Origin: Luteimonas sp. ANT-B3E
GTDB taxonomy: Bacteria > Pseudomonadota > Gammaproteobacteria > Xanthomonadales > Xanthomonadaceae
Length of the DNA: 64,000 nt
Direction of reading: 5' to 3'
Assembly (NCBI GenBank): GCA_001683895.1
Contig: LXQJ01000020.1
Location: forward strand, 28,521 to 92,520
This document shows positions 20,430 through 30,648 of this stretch, piece after piece. Position 1 is the stretch's first letter. Each line of letters starts with the position of its first letter. A program made the position numbers and the translations under genes. Below the pieces are notes generated by a model. That model did not search any database, was not told the origin of the DNA, and saw only the letters and a program-made list of their open reading frames with translations.

Positions 20430-21200
20430 ATGCACGCCGTCACTTCGCGAACGCTATCCGTCGCCACCCTGCTGTCTGCCGCCCTCGCCGCCGCAGCCGT
20501 CGCCGGCACTGCGCAGGCGCAGGCGGGGCGCGCGGAAGCGCGTGCGCGCACCACCGCGACCACCAGCGCCGCGATCGAGGACGCACGCGCCGCGCGCGCC
20601 GACGCCAGCGCGGCTCAGCGGGCGGCCGCCGAGGCAGCCGTCGTGGAGCGGCTCAGCGGTTCCGGCGATGCCGCGGCACGCGCACGGTACGACGCCTGGC
20701 GCGCGCGCGAGGCCGCGATCACCGCGCAGGCGGCGGCGCACCGCGCGATCAACGCCGCCAACGCCGTGGCGGCGGAAAAATCCGCGGCGTACGGCGGCAC
20801 CGCCCAACCCGATGGCGCGGCCATGCGTGCGCAGCAGGCCGCGTCCGTGGCCCGCCGCGCACGTGAGGATGCGTCCAGCGCCGCCGCCGACGCACAGCGC
20901 TCGTCCAGCGGCAGCGCCACGGCGCCCACGGACCCGAGCGACGCGTATCCCGTCGACATGCCGATGCGCATGGAGCCACTCGAGCCGGTGCAGCAGGTCG
21001 TGACCTTCAGGTCGGGTCCGTCGGATCCGGTCGTCGGCAGCTATCGCATCAGCGTCGAGGCGCTGGATACCGACGGTGACGGCGTCCTCAGCCGCGCCGA
21101 GGCCGCCGCGAATCCGACGCTGCACGCCGAATTCGATGCGGTCGACGCCAACCGCGATGGCCGGCTGGACGCGTCGGAGATCGCAGGGTGGACCCGCTGA
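20430..21200 (+). CDS. Exported Ala-rich protein with two C-terminal EF-hands
   Basis: Signal peptide ending in AQA; EF loops DTDGDGVLSRAE and DANRDGRLDASE. Confidence 0.78.
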   Translation: MHAVTSRTLSVATLLSAALAAAAVAGTAQAQAGRAEARARTTATTSAAIEDARAARADASAAQRAAAEAAVVERLSGSGDAAARARYDAWRAREAAITAQAAAHRAINAANAVAAEKSAAYGGTAQPDGAAMRAQQAASVARRAREDASSAAADAQRSSSGSATAPTDPSDAYPVDMPMRMEPLEPVQQVVTFRSGPSDPVVGSYRISVEALDTDGDGVLSRAEAAANPTLHAEFDAVDANRDGRLDASEIAGWTR

Positions 21201-21231
21201 CCCGCGTCGCTGCGATGGCGACGCCGCGGCG

Positions 21232-22422
21232 CTAGAGCCCGGACGCCCGACGCCACAGCCCTGCGGCCACTGGTGGCAGCCGCCCCGCCAGACCCAGCAT
21301 CGATCCGCGCAGCAGCACCGGCGCCATGGCGTCAGTGGAAAACAGCCGGTTGATGCCTTCCAGCGCATGCGCGGCCACGGCGGCTTCGCTACGGCGGGCG
21401 CGCGACCAGCGCGCCAGCCGCGGCGCGGCATCCCATGCGGCGTCGCGGGACCGCGCCGCGGCGACCGTGTCGCGCAGCGCCAGCACGTCGCGCAGGCCGA
21501 TGTTCATGCCCTGCCCGGCAAGCGGGTGCACCACGTGCGCCGCGTCGCCCACCAGCAGCACGCGATCCGCGGCGCATGTCGCGGCCAGCTGGCGCCGCAG
21601 CGGGAAGCCGGCGCGCGTGGACAGCGGCGTGACCGCGCCCAGCCGCCCCGCCGATGCGTCCGTGACCGCTCGGCCGAACGTGGCGTCATCCAGCGCCAGC
21701 ACCGCGTCCGCCTCGTCCGTGGGCAGCGTCCACACGATCGAGCTGGCGCCATCGGCGCACGGCAGCAGCGCCAGTGGTCCGCCCGGCAGGAAGCGCTGCC
21801 ACGCGGTGTCCTCGTGCGCGAGCGCGGTCGCGACGAACGCCACGACGCCGGTCTGCCCATAGTCATGCGTGTCGACGGCGATCCCGGCCAGCGTGCGCAG
21901 CGTCGACCCGGCGCCGTCGGCACCGATGGCGATCCTGGCGTGCACACGGCTGCCGTCGTCGAGCCGCAGCTCGACGCCGTCGCCGTGCCGGGCCAGGGCG
22001 TCTACGCGCACGGGACAGCGCACCGACACCGCGCCCTGGTCCAGCGCCCGCCACAGGCCGTTCACCAGCAGGCCGTGGGCGGTGATCCACCCGAACTCAC
22101 GCCGCCCCAGGCGGTCCGCGTCGAACGCGAGGTCGCCCCCGCCACCCGCATCCCACACCCGCATGTGCCGGTAGGGATGGACCCCCGCGGCGCCGTGGTT
22201 GCGCGACGTGCCCGGCCAGGCACCCAACCCGGCGAGCAGCGCCTGGCTGTCGGGCGCCAGCGCATAGACGCGCAGGTCAGGCGGAACCACCGGCCATGGC
22301 GGCGGCGCGCGCGCCTCCACCAGCACCACGTCGAGCCCATCGGCCGCAAGCGCCAGTGCGCACGCCGCGCCGACGATGCCGCCACCGACCACCACCACGT
22401 CGACCTGGCCGCGCCGGGTCAT
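21232..22422 (-). CDS. UbiH/UbiF/UbiI-family FAD-dependent ubiquinone hydroxylase (UbiI/VisC-like)
   Basis: GGGIVG, RVYAL, GADG, DYGQTG, AWQRF, GDAAHVVHPLAGQGMNIG. Confidence 0.88.
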   Translation of the reverse strand: MTRRGQVDVVVVGGGIVGAACALALAADGLDVVLVEARAPPPWPVVPPDLRVYALAPDSQALLAGLGAWPGTSRNHGAAGVHPYRHMRVWDAGGGGDLAFDADRLGRREFGWITAHGLLVNGLWRALDQGAVSVRCPVRVDALARHGDGVELRLDDGSRVHARIAIGADGAGSTLRTLAGIAVDTHDYGQTGVVAFVATALAHEDTAWQRFLPGGPLALLPCADGASSIVWTLPTDEADAVLALDDATFGRAVTDASAGRLGAVTPLSTRAGFPLRRQLAATCAADRVLLVGDAAHVVHPLAGQGMNIGLRDVLALRDTVAAARSRDAAWDAAPRLARWSRARRSEAAVAAHALEGINRLFSTDAMAPVLLRGSMLGLAGRLPPVAAGLWRRASGL

Positions 22423-23648
22423 CGCGCCGGCGCCCGGCAGCGCGTCGGCACCTGCCCGCGGTAGCCCATCGCGCCGCCTGCAAGCCGCGCGCGCAGCCCG
22501 GGATCGGCAGCCAGCGCCAGCAGCCCCAGGCTGCGCAGCGGCGAGAGCAGCGCGCCCGGGCTCGATCCCAGGCGCGCGAGCCCGTGGGACAGCGCGACCG
22601 TTTGCTCGCGGTCCTCGCGGCGCAGCGCCACATGGCGGGCCAGGCGCGCGGCGTCGCCCGGGTCAACGTCCGCGGCGCCGATGCACGGCGCAAGCACGTC
22701 GGCGAGCGTCATCGCGTCGCGCAGGCCGAGGTTGAAACCCTGTGCGCCGATCGGGTGCAGCGTCTGGGCGGCATTGCCGACGAGCACCGCGCGCGGAGCG
22801 ACTGTGGTCCGCGCGGTCAACGAGAACGCGGGATAGGCGCTGCGTTCGCCGACCGACAGCATCCGACCCGCGCGCCAGCCGAAGGCCTGCTGGACGCGGG
22901 CGATGAAGGCCGCATCGTCGAGCGCGCGCACCGCGTCGGCGTCTTCGACCGCCACCGCGTGCACCATGCCGTAGTGGCGGTCGCCACGCGGCAGCAGCGC
23001 GGTCGGGCCGTCGTCGCACAGGCGCTCGTAGGCGGTGCCGTCAGGTGGGCGCGCCGTGCGCAGGCGTGCCACCAGCAGCGTCTGCCGGTAGTCGTGTTCG
23101 TCGGCATTGATCGCCAGCGCCGCGCGCACGGCGCTGCGGCTGCCGTCGGCGGCCACCACCAGCCGGGCACCGAGCGTGAGGCTGCTGCCATCGCGCTCGA
23201 GGACGACCCTCCGCTCGCCCGCATCGGCGGCCATGTGGGGCAGCGTCACGAACCGGCAGGGGCGATGGCGCACCAGGCCGGGCAGCTGCGCCAGCCGCGC
23301 CTCCAGCGCCTCGCCGAGGTCGCGTGCCACGACCACCTGGCCGAAGGCCTCTTGGCCCTGCTCGGCGGCGTCGAGCACGACGCGGCCCAGGTCGCCGCGG
23401 CGGCTGGCGTGGATGCGGCGAATAGGGCCCGTAGGCGCGCGCAGCAGCGGCAATACGCCCAATGCCGTCAATGCATTGACCGAGGCGTCGGCAAGGCTGA
23501 GATTGCGCTGGTCGAACACTGCCGGCAACGCGCCGTCCGCGCTGGTGTCGACCAGACCGACCCCCAGGCCGAGCCCCTCCAGCGCGATCGCCAGGCTGGC
23601 GCCGACGAGGCCGCCGCCGATCACCAGCACGTCGTGGGAAGCAAGCAT
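22419..23648 (-). CDS. ubiH: 2-octaprenyl-6-methoxyphenol hydroxylase
   Basis: GGGLVG, FDQR, AYER, GNAAQTLHPIGAQGFNLGLRD. Confidence 0.88.
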   Translation of the reverse strand: MLASHDVLVIGGGLVGASLAIALEGLGLGVGLVDTSADGALPAVFDQRNLSLADASVNALTALGVLPLLRAPTGPIRRIHASRRGDLGRVVLDAAEQGQEAFGQVVVARDLGEALEARLAQLPGLVRHRPCRFVTLPHMAADAGERRVVLERDGSSLTLGARLVVAADGSRSAVRAALAINADEHDYRQTLLVARLRTARPPDGTAYERLCDDGPTALLPRGDRHYGMVHAVAVEDADAVRALDDAAFIARVQQAFGWRAGRMLSVGERSAYPAFSLTARTTVAPRAVLVGNAAQTLHPIGAQGFNLGLRDAMTLADVLAPCIGAADVDPGDAARLARHVALRREDREQTVALSHGLARLGSSPGALLSPLRSLGLLALAADPGLRARLAGGAMGYRGQVPTRCRAPAR

Positions 23649-23728
23649 CCAGCAATGATACCGGGCGGCAGCGGACGGTCCGCTAGACTGTGCGTCCTGC
23701 ACGACCGTCTTCGCCCCGGAGCTGATCC

Positions 23729-24319
23729 ATGCCCACTACCGTCGCCCAGCGCGCCACGATCCTCGTCCTGCTCGCCGTCGCGCTGTCGGCCTCCCGCCTG
23801 CACCACTTCGCGGCGGTGCCCGACGCGTCCTGGGCGGTGTTCTTTGTCGCCGGCTTCTACCTGCGCGACTGGGCCCGCGTGGCGTTCCCGGGGCTGATGG
23901 CGCTGGCGGTGCTGGTCGACGTGCTGGTGGTGACGTCGCAGGGCACGCCCTTCTGGCAGAGCTATTGCGTGTCGCCGGCCTACGCGTTCCTGCTGCCGGC
24001 GTACTACGCGCTGTGGGCGGGTGGCCAGTGGCTCGGACGTGGGTACCGCGGCCTGGCGGCGAGCGAGGCGGGCCGGCTGCTGCTGGCACTGCCGCTGGCG
24101 GTGGTGGCCTGCCACCTGGTCGCGCAGGGCAGCTTCTACTGGATCAGCGCCAACGTCTCCGCTCCCACGCTGGCCGGCTGGTGGGACAACTTCGCCGTCT
24201 GGCTGGTGCCGTACCTGCGGGTGGCGGTGGGTTACGTCGCGCTCGTCGCCGTGGTGCACGTCGCCGTAGTCCGCGCAGCGCCGCTGCTGGCGCCGCGGCG
24301 CCACCGCCGCGCCGGCTGA
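23729..24319 (+). CDS. btuM: BtuM-like solitary ECF S-component (cobalamin transporter)
   Basis: About 6 TM helices; R.HHF..VPDASWAVFF.AG, CVSPAY..L.PAY..LW.GG and FYW.S motifs resemble Thiobacillus BtuM; directly upstream of pduO. Confidence 0.78.
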   Translation: MPTTVAQRATILVLLAVALSASRLHHFAAVPDASWAVFFVAGFYLRDWARVAFPGLMALAVLVDVLVVTSQGTPFWQSYCVSPAYAFLLPAYYALWAGGQWLGRGYRGLAASEAGRLLLALPLAVVACHLVAQGSFYWISANVSAPTLAGWWDNFAVWLVPYLRVAVGYVALVAVVHVAVVRAAPLLAPRRHRRAG

Positions 24320-24325
24320 CCGCAC

Positions 24326-24880
24326 ATGGGCAACCGGCTGTCGAAGATTTACACGCGTACCGGCGACGATGGCACCACCGGGCTGGGCGACGGTACCCGG
24401 GTGGCCAAGGACTCGGCGCGCGTCTGCGCCTACGGCACGGTCGACGAGGCCAATTCCTGCATCGGCCTGCTGCTGGCCGCCGCCGTGCCCGATGACATGC
24501 GCGCGCTGCTGACGTCGGTCCAGCACCAGCTGTTCGACCTCGGCGGCGAGCTCTGCATTCCCGGCCACGCGGCGATACAGGCTGCCGACATCGACCGCCT
24601 GGAGCAGCACCTCGACCGCTACAACGCCGACCTGCCCGCACTGCGCGACTTCATCCTGCCCGGCGGTGGCGAGGCCGCTGCGCGCTGCCACGTGGCGCGC
24701 ACCGTGGTCCGCCGTGCCGAGCGCGAGGCGGTAACGCTGTCCCACCACGACGCGGTGCGGCCGGAGGCGATCCGCTACCTCAACCGGCTGTCCGACCTGC
24801 TGTTCGTGCTCTCGCGGGTGCTGGCACGCCACAGTGGCGAGGGCGAGGTGCTGTGGAACCACGAGCACCGCAAGCACTGA
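24326..24880 (+). CDS. pduO: PduO-type ATP:cob(I)alamin adenosyltransferase
   Basis: KIYTRTGDDGTT, YGTVDEANS, FILPGG, RRAER, YLNRLSDLLF. Confidence 0.92.
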   Translation: MGNRLSKIYTRTGDDGTTGLGDGTRVAKDSARVCAYGTVDEANSCIGLLLAAAVPDDMRALLTSVQHQLFDLGGELCIPGHAAIQAADIDRLEQHLDRYNADLPALRDFILPGGGEAAARCHVARTVVRRAEREAVTLSHHDAVRPEAIRYLNRLSDLLFVLSRVLARHSGEGEVLWNHEHRKH

Positions 24881-24884
24881 CCCG

Positions 24885-25811
24885 ATGGCGCGCGTCGGCC
24901 TCCCCGTCTTCACCCATCCCGCGTGCCTGGCCCATGACACCGGCCCCGGCCACGCCGAGCGCCCGCAGCGCCTGGGCGCCGTGGTCGAGGCCCTGCGAGA
25001 AGCCCTGCCGACACTCGATTGGCGCGAGGCGCCCCGCGCCACCCGCGGCCAGCTGCTCCGGGTGCATGCGTCGTCGCTGCTGGCGGCGGTGCTGGAGACA
25101 CGTCCGGATGCGCGCATGCAGCTCGACCCCGACACCGTGCTATCGCCGGCGTCGGCCGAGGCGGCGCTGCGCTGTGCCGGCGCCGGGGTCGCCGCCGTCG
25201 ACTGCGTCATGGGCGGGGAGGCGCAGGCGGCATTCTGCGCGGTGCGTCCGCCGGGCCACCACGCGACCGGCGAGCATGCCATGGGCTTCTGCCTGTTCAA
25301 CACGGTCGCGGTCGCCACGGCGCACGCACTGGACCGCCACGGGCTGGCGCGGGTGTCGATCGTCGATTTCGACGTGCACCACGGCAACGGCACCCAGGCG
25401 ATCTTCGACGCCGAGCCGCGTGTGCAGTACCTCAGTTCACACCAGATGCCGCTGTACCCGGACACCGGATCACCGCAGGAGCGCGGAGTGGGCAACGTCT
25501 TCAACGTGGCGCTGGGCCCGGGCACCGGCAGCCGGCGCTTCCGCGAGGCGTGGCAGGACACGCTGCTGCCGGCGATCGACGCATTCGCGCCGCAGCTGCT
25601 GCTGGTGTCGGCCGGATTCGACGCGCACTGGCGTGACCCGCTGGCGCAGCTGCAGCTGGAAGCCGACGACTTCGCGTGGCTGACGCACGAGCTGGTCGCA
25701 CTGGCCGACGTGCATGCGCTGGGCCGCGTGGTGTCGCTGCTGGAAGGGGGTTACGACCTGCAGGCCCTGCGCGAGTGCAGCGTGGCCCACGTTGGCGCGC
25801 TGCGCGCCTGA
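24885..25811 (+). CDS. Histone deacetylase-family (Zn-dependent amidohydrolase) protein
   Basis: HAERPQRL, RPPGHHA, GFCLFN, DFDVHHGNGTQ, SAGFDAH, LEGGY. Confidence 0.92.
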   Translation: MARVGLPVFTHPACLAHDTGPGHAERPQRLGAVVEALREALPTLDWREAPRATRGQLLRVHASSLLAAVLETRPDARMQLDPDTVLSPASAEAALRCAGAGVAAVDCVMGGEAQAAFCAVRPPGHHATGEHAMGFCLFNTVAVATAHALDRHGLARVSIVDFDVHHGNGTQAIFDAEPRVQYLSSHQMPLYPDTGSPQERGVGNVFNVALGPGTGSRRFREAWQDTLLPAIDAFAPQLLLVSAGFDAHWRDPLAQLQLEADDFAWLTHELVALADVHALGRVVSLLEGGYDLQALRECSVAHVGALRA

Positions 25812-25941
25812 ACGGATTCCTGCAGGCCATCCTGGCCGGAGCGCGCGCGCTCCGGCCGTCGCCCGGCCAGCGCATGCAGTCGCATTGCCGCACCCCGGGC
25901 GATACGGCAAGCTAGCCGCCGTTTCGCCGCCAGGTCTGCGC

Positions 25942-28362
25942 GTGCCCATCCTCCCCCGTCTGCTGCCCCTTCCCCTCTGCATCGCCTGCGTGCTGGCCGC
26001 CGGCCCCGCGCTGTCGCAGCAGCGAGAGCGCGAACCCGACTGGGGCCTGTGCCCGGTCGAGGAGGCGGTACCGGTGTTCGCCGACGCCCCGGCCCCCACC
26101 GGGAGCGCTGAGGAGCGCGCCGAGCTGCCCACCGACATCACCGGCGACTCGCTCGAGGGCATCGACGGCGAGAACGTCGCCTACAGCGGCAACGTCACCC
26201 TGCGCCGCGGTGACCAGTTCCTCGGCACCGACAACCTCGCCTACGACCAGGAGCGCGGTACTTACATCGCCAGCGGCAGCGTGCGCTACCAGGACTCCAG
26301 CATGCGCATGGTCGCCGAGCGCCTCGAGGGAGACCAGGACGCCGATACCCATCGCGTCGACAACGTCACCTACCAGCTGACCGAGCGCCGCGGCAACGGC
26401 GGCGCCGAGCGCATCGAGATGAAGGGCGACCAGGGATCGCTGTACGGGTCCACCTACTCCACGTGCCCGATGGCTGCACGCTGGTGGGAACTGCGCGCGC
26501 GGCGCATCGACATCGACAATGCCGAAGGCATGGGCACCGCGCGCGGCGCCACGCTGCGCGTGGGCAAGGTGCCGCTGCTGCACGTGCCGGTATTCGTGTT
26601 TCCGACCGACGACCGCCGGCGGACTGGCCTGCTCTTCCCCGCCATCGGCCTCTCGAGCCGCAACGGGTTCGATTACCGCCAGCCGATCTACCTCAACCTC
26701 GCGCCCAACTACGACGCGACGCTCGAGCCGCGCTTCATGTCGGACCGCGGCCTGCTGCTGGGCACCGAGTTCCGCTACCTGCGCGACGGCGGCGCGGGCA
26801 CCTTCGACGTGGAGTTCCTGCCGTCCGACAACCTCGCCAGCCGAGAGCGCGACCGGGAAACGGCGGAGTTCATTGCCGCCGGCTATTCCCTGGACAACCT
26901 GCGCGCGGACAACCGCGGGCGCTTCGGCTTCAACGGGCTCCAGAACCTGGACCGGCGCTGGCAGGCGCGGGCCAACCTCGCCTACATCAGCGACCCGCGG
27001 TACCTTGAGGACCTCAGCAGTTCGCTCGCGGGCGGTACCGCGTATTCATTCCCCAGCGATCTCGGCGTCTACGGCCGCGGCCGCACCTGGGACGCCGGTG
27101 TGTCCGCGGACTACTGGCAGCTCGGCGACTACACGCTGGTCGACGCCAACCTGCCCTACAACAGGCTGCCACGCCTGTACGCGCGCTGGGAGGAGGCGTA
27201 CCGCCCGTGGCTGACCACTGGCCTCGATGGCGACCTGACCCGCTTCTCGCACACCGATGCCAGCGCGCGTCCCGGCGGCACGCGCTTTGACGCCAAGCCC
27301 TTCGTCAGCTTCCCGATCGAGGGCGCAAGCTGGTTCGTGCGTCCGACCTTCGCCTGGCGCTACACCGCCTACCAGCTCGACGATGCGCTCGCCCAGTCGA
27401 TCGGCGCCGGGACGGGGACCGTCGACGACGCCCCGACGCGCAGCATGCCGATCACCACGGTCGACGCCGGGCTGTTCTTCGACCGCCGGGTGTCATTCCG
27501 CGGCGACAGCTTCCTCAACACCCTCGAGCCGCGGCTGTTCTACCTGAACTCGCCGTTCCGCGATCAGGACCAGCTGCCGCTGTTCGACACCACGCCGCTG
27601 ACCTTCAGCTACGGCCAGCTGTTCCGCGACAACCGCTTCTCCGGCGCCGACCGCCAGGCTGACGCCAACCAGCTCACCTTGGCTGTCAGCAGCCGGCTGA
27701 TCAACGAGTCCACAGGACAGGAAAAGCTGGCAGCCAGTATCGGTCAGATCCGCTACTTCGACGATTCGCGTGTCGGTCTCACGGCGGGTTCGTCGACCTT
27801 CGACAGCAGCCGCTCTGCATGGATCGCGGACGTCACCTACGCGGTCAACGACCGCTGGAACATCAGCACCTCGTACCAGTACAACCCGGCGACGCGACAG
27901 GAGGACCTCGCCAGCCTGCGCACGCGCTACCTCATCGGCGACGACGGCATCGCCAACCTGTCGTATCGGTACCGGCGCAACCCGGTTTCGGAGGCCGACC
28001 TGCTCGAACAGGTCGACTTCTCTTTTCTGTACCCGCTGACGCCCGCGTGGAGCATCGTGGGCAGGTATTACTACTCGGTGCTCGACCGCAAGGTGCTCGA
28101 GGCGATCGCCGGCGTGCAGTGGGACAGCTGCTGCCTCGCGGTACGCCTGGTCGGCCGCCGCTACGTGCGCAACCGCATCGGAGACCTGAACGATTCGATA
28201 CAGGTGGAAGTGGAATTGAAGGGCCTGGGCTCCGCGGGCGCGGATAATCAGGGTCGGCTCCGCCGCGCGATCCTCGGCTACTATCGTGAGGATCTCTACC
28301 TCGAGCCGCCTCCGGAAGTCCGCGGCGGCCTCAACGACAACTCCCCCGGTACCCTGCCATGA
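25942..28362 (+). CDS. lptD: LPS assembly protein LptD
   Basis: Signal peptide, YSTCP, RRTGLLFP, YLNLAPNYD, TLEPRLFY, FRDNRFSGADR, SCC; GTG start inferred. Confidence 0.95.
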   Translation: MPILPRLLPLPLCIACVLAAGPALSQQREREPDWGLCPVEEAVPVFADAPAPTGSAEERAELPTDITGDSLEGIDGENVAYSGNVTLRRGDQFLGTDNLAYDQERGTYIASGSVRYQDSSMRMVAERLEGDQDADTHRVDNVTYQLTERRGNGGAERIEMKGDQGSLYGSTYSTCPMAARWWELRARRIDIDNAEGMGTARGATLRVGKVPLLHVPVFVFPTDDRRRTGLLFPAIGLSSRNGFDYRQPIYLNLAPNYDATLEPRFMSDRGLLLGTEFRYLRDGGAGTFDVEFLPSDNLASRERDRETAEFIAAGYSLDNLRADNRGRFGFNGLQNLDRRWQARANLAYISDPRYLEDLSSSLAGGTAYSFPSDLGVYGRGRTWDAGVSADYWQLGDYTLVDANLPYNRLPRLYARWEEAYRPWLTTGLDGDLTRFSHTDASARPGGTRFDAKPFVSFPIEGASWFVRPTFAWRYTAYQLDDALAQSIGAGTGTVDDAPTRSMPITTVDAGLFFDRRVSFRGDSFLNTLEPRLFYLNSPFRDQDQLPLFDTTPLTFSYGQLFRDNRFSGADRQADANQLTLAVSSRLINESTGQEKLAASIGQIRYFDDSRVGLTAGSSTFDSSRSAWIADVTYAVNDRWNISTSYQYNPATRQEDLASLRTRYLIGDDGIANLSYRYRRNPVSEADLLEQVDFSFLYPLTPAWSIVGRYYYSVLDRKVLEAIAGVQWDSCCLAVRLVGRRYVRNRIGDLNDSIQVEVELKGLGSAGADNQGRLRRAILGYYREDLYLEPPPEVRGGLNDNSPGTLP

Positions 28363-29684
28363 ACCGATTCCTGACCTCACTGGCCGTCGCCGCGCTGCTG
28401 CTTGCGCCACTGGCCCACGCCCAGGAGCCGCAGCCGCTCGACGGCATCGCCGCCGTCGTCGACGAGGACGTGATCCTGCGCAGCGAGCTCGACCGCGCCG
28501 TCAACAACATCCAGGCCCAGTACGCTGGCCGCCAGGACCAGCTGCCCCCGCGCTCGGTGCTCGAGCGCCAGGTGCTGGAACGGCTGGTGCTTGTGCGGCT
28601 GCAGACCGAGCGTGCCCAGTCCACCGGCGTGCGCGTCAGCGATGAGGAGGTCGACGCCGCGGTGACCAACATCGCGCAGCAGAACAACCTGACGCCCGAG
28701 CAGCTGCGCCAGCAGCTGGCGCGTGATGGCACGACGTACGCCGACTTCCGCAGCTCGCTGCGCGACGAGCTGCTGATCCAGCGCCTGCGCCAGCGCTTCG
28801 CGCAGAGCCGCATCAGTGTCAGCGACGGCGAGGTCGACGCCGCGCTCGCCGCGCAAGCCAGCAACACCCAGTACCGGCTGGCGCACATCCTGGTGGCCGT
28901 GCCGGAGGGCGCGACACCGGAGCAACTCGCTACCGGCCAGCAGAAGATCGACGGCGTGAAGGCGCTGCTGGACCGCGGCGAAATAGCGTTCAACGCGGCC
29001 GCCGTGCGCTACTCCGACAGCCCCAACGCGCTTGAAGGCGGCGACCTGGGCTGGCGCAGCCTGGATGAGATCCCCGCCGCGTTCGCGACTTCGATCAGCA
29101 CCATGCAGCCGGGTGGCGTCATCGGCCCGATCCGCGGCCCCAGCGGCTTCCAGCTGCTTACGCTGGTAGAAACGCGGGAAGGCGTGGCCGCCGCCGACCG
29201 CGGCCTGACCCAGTTCCAGGCGCGCCACATCCTGGTGCGCAGCGGCGGCGCAGTCAGCGACACCCAGGCCAAGGCGCGCATCGACACCCTGCGCGCGCGC
29301 ATCACCGGCGGCGCGGACTTCGAGGCGCTTGCGCGCGAGAACTCCGAGGACGACAGCAGCAAGGCCGCCGGTGGCGACCTGGGCTGGTTCGCGCAGGACG
29401 ACTTCGGCCCCGACTTCGGCGGCCAGGTCGCGGCGCTGCAGGACGGTCAGGTTTCCGCGCCGTTCCGCACCCAGGCCGGCTGGCACGTGGTCCAGCGTGT
29501 CGGCACACGACAGGCCAGCGTTTCCGACGACAACCGGCGCTCGCAGGTGCGCGAAACGATCGGCCAGCGCAAGCTCGAGGACGAATGGGAGCGGTACCTG
29601 CGCGAGCTGCGCGGAGAGGCCTTCGTCGACATCCGCACCGGCACGGCGCCTGCTGCAAGCGACGCGGCCCCGAGCGGCGGCTGA
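28359..29684 (+). CDS. surA: Periplasmic chaperone/PPIase SurA
   Basis: IAAVVDEDVILRSEL, two parvulin domains (HIL...GGDLGW), follows lptD. Confidence 0.95.
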   Translation: MNRFLTSLAVAALLLAPLAHAQEPQPLDGIAAVVDEDVILRSELDRAVNNIQAQYAGRQDQLPPRSVLERQVLERLVLVRLQTERAQSTGVRVSDEEVDAAVTNIAQQNNLTPEQLRQQLARDGTTYADFRSSLRDELLIQRLRQRFAQSRISVSDGEVDAALAAQASNTQYRLAHILVAVPEGATPEQLATGQQKIDGVKALLDRGEIAFNAAAVRYSDSPNALEGGDLGWRSLDEIPAAFATSISTMQPGGVIGPIRGPSGFQLLTLVETREGVAAADRGLTQFQARHILVRSGGAVSDTQAKARIDTLRARITGGADFEALARENSEDDSSKAAGGDLGWFAQDDFGPDFGGQVAALQDGQVSAPFRTQAGWHVVQRVGTRQASVSDDNRRSQVRETIGQRKLEDEWERYLRELRGEAFVDIRTGTAPAASDAAPSGG

Positions 29685-29685
29685 G

Positions 29686-30648
29686 ATGGCGCGACCGCGC
29701 CTCGCGCTGGTCCCGGGCGAACCGGCCGGCGTGGGGCCGGAACTCTGCGTCCGCGCGCTGCAGCGCGACTGGGACGCACAGCTCACCGTCATCGGCGACC
29801 TGGCGACGCTGCGCGACGCCGCGGCCAGGCTGGACCTGCCCCTCCCCCCGCACGGAAATGAGAGCGCACAGGCCAGCGTGCGCTACCTCGACGTGCCCAA
29901 CGCGCGCCGTGTGGCGCCAGGCGCGCCGTCTCCCGACAATGCGCGCGCGGTGATTGATGCCTTGACCGCCGGCGCCACCGGCTGCCAAGAGGGGACGTAC
30001 GACGGTCTGGTCACCGGACCGGTACACAAGGCGACGATCAACCTCGGCAACATTCCCTACACCGGCACCACGGAGCTGCTGGCTGCGCTGGCCGGCTGCC
30101 GCGTGCTGATGATGCTCGCCAACGACGTCCTCCGCGTCGCGCTGGTGACGACCCACCTGCCGCTGCGCGCGGTGCCCGACGCCATCACCGCGCCCGCCGT
30201 CGAGGGATGCCTGCGGATCCTGCACGCCGCGCTGGTGCGCGACGAGGGCATCGCCTCGCCGGTGATCGCGGTGCTGGGCCTCAATCCGCACGCTGGCGAA
30301 GACGGGCACCTGGGGCGTGAGGAGCTGGAGGTTCTGGCACCGCTGCTGGACCGGCTGCGTGCGGAGGGAATGCGCCTCGACGGGCCGCTGCCCGCCGACA
30401 CCGCGTTCCTCCCACGACGCCTGGCAACGGTCGATGCGGTGCTGGCGATGTACCACGACCAGGGGCTGCCGGTGCTGAAATACAGCGGCTTCGAACAGGC
30501 GGTCAACGTCACCCTCGGATTGCCGTACCCCAGGGTCGCCGTCGACCATGGCACCGCGCTCGACCTGGCGGGCAGCGGGCGCGCCGACCCGTCCAGCCTG
30601 TTTGCAGCGATCTCCACCTGCGGCCGCATGGCCGGCCAGCGCCGATGA
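29686..30648 (+). CDS. pdxA: 4-hydroxythreonine-4-phosphate dehydrogenase
   Basis: GEPAGVGPE, LNPHAGE, PADT, MYHDQGL, VDHGTA. Confidence 0.95.
   Translation: MARPRLALVPGEPAGVGPELCVRALQRDWDAQLTVIGDLATLRDAAARLDLPLPPHGNESAQASVRYLDVPNARRVAPGAPSPDNARAVIDALTAGATGCQEGTYDGLVTGPVHKATINLGNIPYTGTTELLAALAGCRVLMMLANDVLRVALVTTHLPLRAVPDAITAPAVEGCLRILHAALVRDEGIASPVIAVLGLNPHAGEDGHLGREELEVLAPLLDRLRAEGMRLDGPLPADTAFLPRRLATVDAVLAMYHDQGLPVLKYSGFEQAVNVTLGLPYPRVAVDHGTALDLAGSGRADPSSLFAAISTCGRMAGQRR

Noticed and set aside
23649-23728. Cobalamin riboswitch upstream of btuM
   Set aside because: Only 80 bp, with no B12-box-like sequence recognised.
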